Notes under the pieces: model-generated
The model's database searches: none
What the model saw: the letters and a program-made list of their open reading frames with translations, nothing else
What the model was told of the DNA's origin: nothing
Assembly (NCBI RefSeq): GCF_009834535.1
Contig: NC_045698.1
Span: 10,170,001-10,234,000 of the forward strand
Direction: 5' to 3'
Length of the DNA stretch: 64,000 nucleotides
From: Camelus ferus
Taxonomy: Eukaryota
In this document: positions 11,836 to 23,103 of the stretch, piece by piece
How the letters are laid out: the number at the start of each line of letters is the position of its first letter
Position numbering within the stretch: the stretch's first letter is position 1
Made by a program: the position numbers and the translations under genes

Positions 11836-14800
11836 GCTGTCATTGAATCATCTCTCAGGCATGCAAGCTGTTTTACAAAGCCTGTTCCAAGTTTGAATGC
11901 CAGCCAGGGCCAATTACAAATGCAGAAGTGCCCAAGGAAGGGCTGGAACAGGTAGGTAAGAATTGTTGATATTATTGAGGAGAATAGAAAGAGCTAACTT
12001 TTAATTCGTGAGAGACTGGGAGAACAAAGCAAATGGTCCCATTCCGACCAGGGTACACAAAGTCTGCTGAGTGTAGGAAGAGATTTGGTGCCCTGTTGCT
12101 TTATTTTTTAATTTACACATTGTATTTGAATTTGACTTGGGTCAGAAATTTTGAGAGAGTGATTCCCATGTTTTTTATTTGTGCAGGACTCATACTTGTT
12201 CACTTATTTTCTGGCAGTCAGAGAAACCAAATAGGACAGGCTGTGTTTTTTCCATGCTTAGGTGATGAAAGCAGTGTACAGTTAGTAAGTGACAAAGTTG
12301 AGACTAGAAGTCTGTTCTACTGCTGTGAAATCTATTTCCTCTAGGAAAGGTTTGAGTACCTCGAGGGACACTGGAAGTATGTTCGAGGGATTCGGAACAG
12401 GTGTGAGGACCTTCCTCCTCCCAGTGGTTTGTTTTCTGCAAATAACCTTACAACACTGATACAGATGAAAGTGAAACAAGTCTGCTTTGTACTTACAAAT
12501 ATCAGTAATTTAAACTGGGGCAGAAGGATGCCTGTGAGTGCAGTGAAGGGGGAGGAAAATACATCGTTTTCCTCCCTCTCATCCTCCTCCCCATTGCCCC
12601 CCCTTCTCCTCTCCTTGAAAATAAATATTAACCTGTAATTAACTAGCTGCCAGCAGAAGAGAGCGTGCAGTGCCGCGAGCTTGGGCACTTGGCTCTCACC
12701 AGTTGAGTAGTGCTCTTAAGCCATGTTTGTTTTCAAACCTGTTTATGCCAGGTGTACTTTTATTATTGGCATATAATTTAATTAAAGGTTATCTAAGTGT
12801 TTAAGACAGGAGTGGGAAAAGAAAACATTTCTGTAAAAGCTAAATTGAACGATTTGGGAAGACTTGATAAAGGGAGTGCATTTAAAATAAACTGTCATAT
12901 CAAGTGTGGGAGAGACATTGTAAAAAGGGAAATTTTTGTAAATATCTGTAAGCCTTCTGCCCTTAGATTTTTTTCCAGAGTGCTTCTATTTCCCAGCTCC
13001 TTTTAAAGATGGATACCAGAATTGGCATATTAGGGTTTATGCAAGTAAGATGAAGACGTTCCATCCAGGGATTCATACTGAAAGAAAAAGCCTCAGCCCA
13101 GGTCCAGAGATGACAAAAAGGGGCCAGGCCCTTAAAGTGAACTTGGCATTGTGTCATATTGAGCAGGAAGAGGAAGGAGACAGAATCTTTAGTGGATGTC
13201 TTTAAAAAACGGCTTTCTGCTTTAACTGACTTGGTTAAAAATTAACTGACCCAAAGGACTAGTGATCACATTGAGAAAGAGGGCTTCCTCACAGTCAGGC
13301 CCCAGACTCTCACGGTGTGGGTTGTAATCTACAATGTGCTCCTACGAAAGTGGTCAGTTTGCCTTTTCCGTTCAGTCTTACATGTATAGAAAACCAGAGA
13401 ATACCTGGGTGGACTGGCCATGACGAAGGCTGACAGCGACTTGCTGGCGTTGGGTGTCCTCTTGCTAGCTGGTCAGACCAGTAGGCCGTGGTGTTCGTGA
13501 TCAGATGAAACTCCAGTCCTTTCAGGAAGGCGATGCCGTGGGTCACCTAGGCAGGGCCACCGGCGGATGCCTCTTCTCGTGCCTCACTTCACGAGGAGGC
13601 TGATTGTCCGAACCTAACACGTGTTAGGCCACGCTAAAACTGCTGAGCAGATCAGCAGGCATTTTCTTACCTTCTATTTTCTGAAAGCCCGTAGGGTGAT
13701 CTCAGGGTGATTTGAAAATACAGGTTAACCTGACCAACACACAGTTTTTGGAAAGGTTATGAATAATCTGTTATTTAAGATCTGCATCTACCATAGCTCA
13801 CTGGAAAGCTTGGCAGAGGAATGAAAACCTACTATAATACAAGTCAGAAATCAGTCCTATTGTCACTTTATTTCACCTAATTATTTTTTAATGGAGGATT
13901 AAACTGAGTCTTGTATTTCAATTTGATGATATAGGACCTCCTTGGTTTGTCTGTGACATCAGTCGATGTACGTGTATAGACAAGGATATATTCTGTTTGT
14001 TTCTGGCCAAGGTGAAGGATACCCGTTAGGTAATGAAACCCGTGCTATGTTAGATCATTTCACCTCACTCATTGATTTCAAATCAGCAGTATGGTGGAGT
14101 TTTTTTTTTTCTTTTACATAAAAAAATTAATGTTTTTATATATATAGTGATTTACACAACTTAGATGAAGAAAGTAAAATAATGAGAAATTTATTTTTGA
14201 TGAAAATTGATCTTTTATATATTTGGTTTGTACCATATGTCATTTTTAAAAGAAGCTAGAATGCTTAGTTCAATAGTAAAAACAGAGGAATGAATTTACG
14301 TAAGTAGAACAGCCTAGACTTTCTCACTTCTACATTAAAAAAGGCGATTTGGAGTTTGTCTTCCTACTGGCTTTTATTTGGGATCCCAAATCTTGTTTTT
14401 AGCTATTTTAAGTTAAATAAATACTGTAACATACTTACCTGAAAAGCATGCATCATTTTATGTGATGCAATTAAGAGAGTGCTGAGTTGTAACATTTCTT
14501 AGTGTCACGTTTCCTTTAGGAACTTCTGCGACGGGTTTGTGGTTAGTGTCTGCTGCTTGTGCACTGTGAGTGCGTACTGGTGGTAATGACGACTTTGATT
14601 GTGATCTGGAAGGGTGTCACACTCTATTAATATGCTAGTGGATGTGCTGGTGTTAAAAATGTGCTAGTTTACTTTCTTCTTCCCATTGGCTTACTTTATT
14701 CAGACCTGGGTTCTTTTCATGTGACTCAGAGAACTTTACTCACCTTCTCTGAACCTTGGTGTTTCGTCCATAAAATGAAGGCTCTACAAAATGACCCCTC

Positions 14801-15044
14801 AAGTCTGCAGCTCTGATCCAGCGATCTCAGAAAGTGCGTGCTCTCATTTGTATGCACGGATCTTTGTGATTTCACCAGTGACATGAGTAACATTCTGCTC
14901 CTCTAAAGTGTGTAGAAATTGAGAATCCAAATCACTAGCCTTGTTCTTTCTAAATAGACAACTGGCTTTTGAGACTAGAAGCTAGTGTTAAGAACTGGTC
15001 TTTGATTTATATTGATTTGATGATCGTTTTACTTACTTACACCT

Positions 15045-15235
15045 TAACGTTTAAGAGCTTGTGTTCTGGAGTCAGCTTTGAACCCATCCCCTCACTACGT
15101 ATCTGTTCGGTCCTGGGCTTCTGACTTACCGCCTGTGTGCATTAGGAGTGGTAATGGTGTCTCCTTCCTCGTATTGTCCTGAGGGCTCAGTGAGAGAGTT
15201 CGTGCAGAGCTTGGCGCAGAGCAGGAGCTTGGCTG
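15045..15235 (+). mobile_element. MIR SINE
   Basis: 'gtttaagagcttgtgttctggagtcagctttgaacccatcccctcactacgtatctgt ... ctgagggctcagtgagagagttcgtgcagagcttggcgcagagc'. Confidence 0.6.
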
Positions 15236-17464
15236 GCTGTTCAGACTGGGATCAGGACTTTCCTCCTTCTCTGTCTCATTCAGCAAGCCTGTAGAAACGC
15301 CTTTCCTTCTGTACGCTTGTCAGGGTTCTCTGAACCCGCCCCATGATCTGATTTGACTGTGGAAACTCTTCAGACACTGTTTCCTTTTCTAGAACTGAGG
15401 CATGCGCCTGGTGCCCCTGCATTTGCATTTGTGCCGGCCGTAGGGTCACACTTGCCCAGTCATTGTTGTTAGTCTTGCCTGCCCATTTATTTATGTGATC
15501 ATTTGAGAAGGGATGTTTCAAACAACAAGATGATTTTTATCTTCTTTCTTGTATTCACTTCACCTTTTGTGGATGCTGGGGTTTGTGGCGCAGACCCCAG
15601 CTCTTCAGAGAGAACTGAATGGTCGTTGGGATATTATGGTCCCTTTGAAATAACCTCTGATCCTGAATTCTCTTCACGTTACCAACACTGAGGTGTCTTG
15701 ATGACGAAGGGGCTTGTTCCCAGTGGGGGCCGCGGGGTAAACTTCTGTGCAGTGGGTGTCAGCCATACTTAAGGATTTTAAAGACCCTGTGTATCATATG
15801 ACATATGGTTCATTGTCTATAATTCCCTTTGGCCTTGGCTAGTATGGGAGCAGTGGCATGAAATGGCATGTTTACCTTTTAACGTGATTCTGTGATTTGG
15901 GGGAAACTACCTGATCGTGTCCTGAACCAGATCAGCACATTTGTTTTCCCTCTTTTCTTGTCACTGGCCCTTTATCTTGCTTAGTCAAGTCCCTGTAGTA
16001 ACCTTGTGGCGTAGATGGCAGCCCAAGGCCCTGAGCTGGGCAGGGGGAGCTGGCGTTGGAATCCAGCAGCCTGGCCCTAGAGCCGGGCTCTGACCTGCTC
16101 GGCCCCCACCTCAGGACCCTCTGACGCCACCAGAAACCCCCTGTGGGATGAAGAGGTCTTGGGGATCCCTGACTTTCCGGAGTGGGCACGGTGGCCTGGC
16201 TGTGCGGGCTGAGGGACAGATGTGAGCGTGAGATGCTGGGGGTGCGCCTTGGGCTCTCCGGGGACGCGCGTTTTAAAATGTGTATCTTACACACTCCATT
16301 TTCCTTCCATTTTCGACTGGATGTTTGTTATTAAGATTAGCTAGAGCCAGGATTTAAAAACAAACCAGAACCCCAAATGCTGGCTGCCGTACAGTATGTG
16401 ATCACTGTACGCCAGCCTCTCAGTGCAGTCTGTCAGCTGTACTGACTCCTTCCTGTCATGGTCGCCGGGGGAGCTCACAAAGGAACTGAGTCTCTGCATC
16501 TGAATCTCTTTCTGGGTTCCTTTTTTACCATTGGCCACAGCACTTCTGGTCACCTCTCCCTCTCCCCCTCTCCGCAGGAGGGGTGAGAGCAGGCGTGTAA
16601 GCATCCACCTGTCACACCATCGCCTTCGTCGCCAGCGTCTCTTCCTCCCCTTCCCCTGCCGCAGGTACCCAGTCCTCCCAGGTAGGATTAGGATTCCAGC
16701 TCTTTCTCCATCCAGCCCACCTCCTGTGCAGTTTGCTCCGTCACAGACACGCTTAGTAGTTGAAATCAGATTTCTGTTTTACAGGAAAATTGTCTTCTTT
16801 CAAAGATGACAAGGTCACACTTGACCTAGTTTAATGAGAAGACGGTAAAGGTAAACCACAAGTAGTGTTTCCAACACGGGTCATGTTGCAGAAGTGTGGG
16901 CGCCCGTGGCAGCCCTGGCAGCAGTTGGGGTGTGGGGCCCTTTCCACAGGACACACGGGCACGATGGTGTTTGGTTTCTCATTGAGATCTGTAAATACCT
17001 TGTTTTTAATATTACTAACGCTAATAACGTCAGTCTAAGGTTTGGGAAAATGTTAAATGAAATGACATTTTACAAGTTTGAAATCAGCCATTTAAAAGCG
17101 TTCAATATCTTTTAGAAACAAGATTGCTTTTTTTAATTGAAGGAATAAAGGTGTTTTTAATCAACTGATTTTTAACATAACTATAATTTATGTCTCTTCG
17201 GGAGGGGGAAGATTCTTGTGTACCTTCTCCAAACAGGTTGGATTTTAAAATGACTTTTGAAAAATTACTGAAGACTCATCCACGGGAATGTGTTTTCACT
17301 TCATCACACTTGGTCACCACCTTCAGTAAGAGATTAAGTGGAACATAAGCATAACATTTTAATAAAGGGCACTTGGCATTTTCCTCCTTAGTAGGTTAGA
17401 TAAGTAAAGATGTAAATATGTTTTTTTAAAAAAGCAGAAGAATGGACAAAGGAGTACAGGACAC

Positions 17465-17635
17465 TCAGGGTGCCAGGGCTCCCAGGCTCCTGTTGTGGTC
17501 TCCAGCAAGCTCGTGCCCTCTCTGTACCTCATACGGTAACTGACCCACCCTGGAAGGTTGTTGGATGATTCAGTGAAGTTGTCTGAGTGAAAAGGATGAT
17601 GCCTGGGACAGAGGAGGTGTCTCATGATTGTTAAA
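17465..17635 (+). mobile_element. MIR SINE fragment
   Basis: 'ctctctgtacctc ... ggttgttggatgattcagtgaag ... tgcctgggacagaggaggtgtctcatgattgtta'. Confidence 0.5.
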
Positions 17636-17850
17636 GTAATTTTCATTGTTTGATTATGAAACCATAATGATGCACGTGGAAGGCTAGTATTAAGCCTCAA
17701 AAGAAACACTGTTCCAATGCTGTGACAAGTCATTTAAGTTGAAAAAATTCTTAACCTTTCCAACAATTAGCATCCAAGGATCTGAGCTAACTGACTCTCT
17801 GAGAGTCAGCTACACCACAAAAGTGATGTCCAAATGCAGAAAAGAGAGTA

Positions 17851-18051
17851 CAGTTGACTGTTAAACAACAATTTGAACTGCCCGGGTCCACTTATACATG
17901 GATTGTTTTCAGTAGTAAATACTGTACTATATGATCTGCTTTGGTTGACTCCCTGGACGTGGAACCATGGTTACGGAGGGCCGGCCAAGAGACTTGAGCA
18001 TCCTTAGAGGGTCCTGGAACCAGTCCCCTGTGGATACAGGGGATAAGACTG
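17851..18051. mobile_element. MER8-like TcMar-Tigger MITE
   Basis: Begins TA|CAGTTGACTGTTAAACAACAATTTGAACTGCCCGGGTCCACTTATAC and ends 'gggtcctggaaccagtcccctgtggatacaggggataagactg', matching recalled MER8/MER2-type ends. Confidence 0.8.
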
Positions 18052-19377
18052 CAGTCTGTAAGGAAAAATAAAATCTCAGTCCCCTTTGAAGGGGCAGAAG
18101 GGGGAAGGGAGGGCACAAATGCTTGTGGAGAGTGCTCTGGGCAGGGCTCTGCCTCGGATGCTCACTGCAGTGGGCATTGGTGGCCAAGTCACCTGACCTG
18201 CCCATCCCCCCCAGCACGCCTAACCCTTGCAAAATTGAGTTGCAGGCACATCAAGATTGCACAGTGGCAGAGCCAGGACTTGGTTCCCTGGATCTCATGC
18301 TGGCCTCCTGCATCGAACAGAGCTCTGATTGCTGGTGAAATGTGGGAAATGGTCATTGCAAAGGCTAATGAACTTTTCAAGCTAAATAAATCCCTAGAAA
18401 GAGGACCAGAGTGATTGGGGTGGGATCCTTGTGTGATCAGCAGTCCGTGCGATGTGGAAAGCCTGTCATTGCGGTGGGTAGCTGCCTCACCAGGGAGGCT
18501 GTTGCTTGGCGCTTCAGTGTTGACAAGGTCTAAAAGGAAGTGCCTCAGTTTGCGGTGCCGCCAGAGGCGAAGAGACTTGGGCCACGGGGGAGGCAGGTGG
18601 CCCAGAGGTGGTAGAAATGTGTCCTGGCCAGTGTGGTGACATGGCATTGGTGAATGTTTTAAGTGGGAAAGTACAGCTAGGATTTTAGCAGAGCCAGTGA
18701 CTGGTGAAAACTGTGTTTAGGGCCAGGAGCTTTTTGTGGGTATGTGGGATGGGGAAAGATGGAGAGGTTTTTCTTTTTGTTTCCTATAATTCTTGTGGGG
18801 GGTTGCTCTGCGTGAAGCTGACCAGGCACCTGCCCGCCCCCCCACTGTGGGGTAGGAATGCTCCTTCTAGAGCCCTGTGTGGTCTCTGCAGAAGGTGCTT
18901 TGTTATTCAGAAAACTCAGCCAGGGGGTCTTTATCCCCATTTCAGCGCTAAAGAGAGATCTGCTAGGTCCCTGGCCTGCAGGCCGGCCACCATGGGGACG
19001 CAGACCCCTTGTGTGTGGCTGTTCCCGTCAGAGCTGGTGGCTGTTCTGGGCTGTGGTCTTAGCAGACCCTCCAGGTTCGGAGAGTCTCAATTTCGGCAGG
19101 TCTCCTCGCGGGCCTTCCCGTGTGTTGCTGAGCTGCCTCCGTGAGCTCTGAGGTCCTTCACAGAGTGCCCTCGATGTGGGCCACGCCTCCTCGTCTTGGG
19201 GTGATGACCACCTGCATCCGCACCACGTGGAGGGCCTGGAAAATGCAGCGCCTGGCGCCACGCCAGGTGCAGCCCGGAGCCTTTGAGATAGGGCTCAGGA
19301 CCCTGCATTAGGCCAGGATCTCCACGTGAGAACCAGACCAACACTGAAGATCCATTTCTGGAGGAAATAAAACAGAT

Positions 19378-19593
19378 CAGTGTTTTTCAATCAGTAGGTT
19401 GTTACCAGCATTAAAAACAAATAAAAGTTAGAATGAAATGGTGCAGAAAATGTCAGAGTTCACTGCACATACCGAGGGCCATTTTGTAAGGCTGTGAAGT
19501 CAGTACGTATGACTTAACGTGTGTTCTTATTTGGTTGTGTTGTAAACTGAATTTCTTACTGTGGGTTGAGGTCAATAAAGTTTGAAAGCCAGT
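19378..19593. mobile_element. hAT-Charlie-type MITE (subfamily uncertain)
   Basis: TIR-like ends 'cagtgtttttcaa' and 'aagtttgaaagccagt', with internal 'atttcttactgtgggttgaggtcaataaagtttgaa'. Confidence 0.6.
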
Positions 19594-19779
19594 AAAACAG
19601 ATGATGTCTTTGTGTTCCTTCTCAGCACAAAGTCCTTTTATATTGTTTGTAGTCTAGCCTGTGCCCCAGCTAGTAAATCATCTACTTTGTGATGAACATC
19701 AAAAATATCAGATACTAGAGAGCTTTTAACCTGTCCTTGCCGTGGGTCTCACACTTAGGCATACAACTGGATTTCGCAG

Positions 19780-19925
19780 GGAACCGAGTGAAACGCAGCC
19801 CCCACTCCAGGCCTTCTGTTTCAGAATCCATGAGGTGGGCATAGGGTCCTGCATTTTACTGCATTTTAACAAGTGTCCTGTATGATTCCCAGGCAGGGAC
19901 TTGTGGGCACCTTTGGGAAACAGGA
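19780..19925. mobile_element. MER5-like hAT-Charlie MITE
   Basis: 'tcagaatccatgaggtgggcatagggtcctgcatttt ... aacaagtgtcctgtatgattc ... ctttgggaaaca' follows the MER5A/B pattern. Confidence 0.6.
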
Positions 19926-22577
19926 CCTGCCTGTGGGAGCACTTCACCTGTTATGGTTTGAACCTGGCAACAGTTCTGTGTGGTGACCCTTCCCCTCCGT
20001 TTACAAATGAGGAGCCTGCAGCCCGCATTGATTCGATTTGGTCACTTCTTGGTGTCTCACAGATGCGAAGGGCAGGGCCTGGTCTCCTTTGTAGGTTAGC
20101 CCTCCCTTCTGGGTGGGAATCAGGTGGCACGAGATGGGAAAGGAACATTCCTGATTGAGGGAACTGCCCTCCTGGGAAAAAAACAGGATTGTTTAAAAAT
20201 AACAGTTGTAGAGAGGCTTGGCATGAAGCATTTTGTCTTGGAAGCAAGTGTTGTTAGTGCTGCCTCTGGGGCGGCCTTTTAGACCCGTGCCCTCCTGAGC
20301 AGAGCCAGAGATCAGGGAGGCAAAGCGCGGATGGTGGCTGGCTCAACAGTCTTGCCCTGGCTGTGCTCCCTGCAGGAGACTTGCAGCCCAGCTCTGCCTC
20401 CAGCTTTGGGATCCAGGCGATGGCTCTCCTCTGCAGAATAAGAGGGTTACATGGCAGCATCTAGCCCTGGGAGCGCTTCCCGCTTCACATCCTGTGACTT
20501 TATCTTTTGAAAAAGTAGTATTTCCTTCCTTTTCCTTGAACAAGATACTGCATGGCTAACAAAATGTATGCAGATGTTTTGATCCCCCCACCCCTCCCTG
20601 GGAGAATGCTGTCAACAGATCCATGTACTGGGTGCTTGCAGCTCCATTCAGGCTGTTGGATGCACATGTCTTGGGCTGCCCGTCCCCAGCGCTGCTCCTT
20701 TCCAGCAGGAGAGGGGTGTCAGTTGCATGACAGCGTTTCCTCAGTCTCCCACCGTCAGGCAGAGACTCAGGAAGTAGGTGGCGGAGCCACTGGGCTGGCT
20801 GACCCTGAGACTGCACAACTTCAAGTTAATCTCTTTAAAGAAAGGAAGAATGATTTTCTTTCAAAATTAGGCAGCTCTTCGGAGCTGACAGCATGTAGGC
20901 AGGAAGTTATATCCAGTGGGATTCGTGAGAACAGGAGGAAATGGTCATGTTTCCGGGAAGCTGGGCTGGTGCTGGGTAGCTGTGCATTCTGTGGCCCTAA
21001 AAAGATACTCTATTTTTAATTTGAAGGTTGAAATTCTCTCTCCTTGTCTGTCTTGGACACATGCACTTCCTCCTTTTTTGAAAATGTGTGACCTCTTATG
21101 CTCAAATTCCCATATAATTTTGGTCTTAATCTAAATTGGATTATAGTGATACACAGCCTCTTAAAATACTATTTTATGAGCATTCAGTGCTTAATATACC
21201 CAACCCTTGACGTGGATCCACAGTGGGTTAAGTTTGCTGCTCCTGCTGCATGATGTCCTGGAGAGCAGTACCTGGGTAGAGGCACCCACATTTGGCCTAA
21301 GAGCAGTATTTAGAGGTCAGTGTCTCTCAGGCTGACGTTGCTGCCATGTTTCTTTGATATTCTAGTAAATCATGTCTTTGTTTTGAGAATTGACATGTTT
21401 AATCTTAATATGTTTGTTGTTGGGAAGGAGAAATTTATTGTTATTATTACATTTTGATTCCCAGAAAGTATGTGAAGTCAAAACCCTATGTCTTGTTCAG
21501 GTTAACCATATATATATAAGTTGTTATATATATATAAGTTGTTTGTTTTAAGCAGAAATTTTAGTGTTTGTCTTTTTAAATAATTTTTTTAATTGGAGCA
21601 GACTGATCAGTTATGTTACTTTACAGCATTTGGTTTCTCCTGGAGTAACTGGAAATATAGCTGAGTTAACCTGTGGTCTTTTGGGGAAGACAGAATAAAG
21701 CGGAGAGTATGCTAAAAGTTACACTGAGGACAATTTAGTCTATAATGTTAGCATCATCTGAAGCATTTTGACTTTATACAGTTTTTAAAGGGTAGAGAGT
21801 AAAGATGGAAGGATGGCTGGCTTCTTGCTCTCATGGATGAATTATAAGTTGCTAGCCAGCAATACAAAACAAATAATAATAAATGAGTTTTATAGAAAAA
21901 GAGTGGAAAGACTCAATATATTTCAGCTGACAAAAACGATTATTTTTGAGTTGTTTTCTGGAGGCTTGACACTAAATGGATATCGTCCTAGAAGTAGGAA
22001 TGATAGGTTTGGAAGAAGAATAAAGAACTGAGAAATAAGAATTACCACCCATTTTTAAGTGAAAGAAAGACAACCTAGACTCCCACAGTGTTAAACCACG
22101 TATGTAGATTTAAGTCAGGTAACGTTATGTTAAATACATATAATATGTATTTCAAATAAAATACTTAAAAATTAAAGGCTGTTCGTCTTTGGGTGTTTAA
22201 ATTCTTTGTGCCTCAGCTTCCTCACTTCTGAAAATGAAAAGGCTTGTCCCGTACCATTGTACACGTAACGTAGAACTCCTAGCCCGAGCAGTTCTCATGA
22301 TTGTTGAAAACCTGAAGGAAATTACATGCTTCTGTGGGACAGGACCTCACAGGTTACCTAAAACCTCGAGTTTCCTTAAGTTTTACTTGAGTTATAGAGA
22401 ATCATTGTGGAGTTGTTGGCTGTAACACGCCGGTCAAAAACACTAATTGGCTATTTTATGAATGGAGGTGAGGTGGGCGGGGCAGATGGGGGAGGACCTG
22501 TGGCACAATTCTCTGAGAAAAGAGGAAAATGCAAATGGAATTCAAACCCTTGGAACCGAAGACTTGATTTAGATGCT

Positions 22578-23103
22578 TGTATCAGTTTCTGTTGCCTCTT
22601 AATGAGTTACTGCAAAGACAGCACTTACAAAAAAACACAGTCACTACTCACACTTCTGTGGGTGGGTGTCTGGACACAGCGTATCTGGGTGCTCTGCCCA
22701 GGGCCCCCTGGGCTGAGGTCTTCTCCGAAGCAGGGGTCCTCTTCCAGGCTCATCCAGGCTGTGGGCAGGATTCACGTCACTGGTTGTAGGACTGACAACC
22801 CCGGCTTCCTCATCTAGAGGCCACTCTCAGGGCCGTGTGGCCCGCTGCACCAGTTTGCTGTGTCTAGGCCAGTGGACACTCAACCTCTCTGACACTTCAC
22901 CTTTTCTAAAGGCCCCCCGATTGTTCAGGCCCATCCAGGATAATCTCCCTTTGGATTAACCGAAAGCAGCTCCTTTGTAACCTAATCACAAGAGTGATCT
23001 GCTGTCTTATTCGCTGGTCCTACCTCCACTCCAGGGAAGGGGACTGTCCTAGGGACAGTGAGGGGTGGGTGTCATGGGGCATCTTCGAGTTCTGCCCACC
23101 ACA
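22578..23103 (-). mobile_element. Solo MaLR LTR (MLT1E-like)
   Basis: TG...CA termini (tgtatcagtttctgttgc ... gagttctgcccaccaca), internal 'aggcccatccaggataatctccct', and a 5-bp TSD with one mismatch (ATGCT 22573-22577, GTGCT 23104-23108). Confidence 0.85.
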
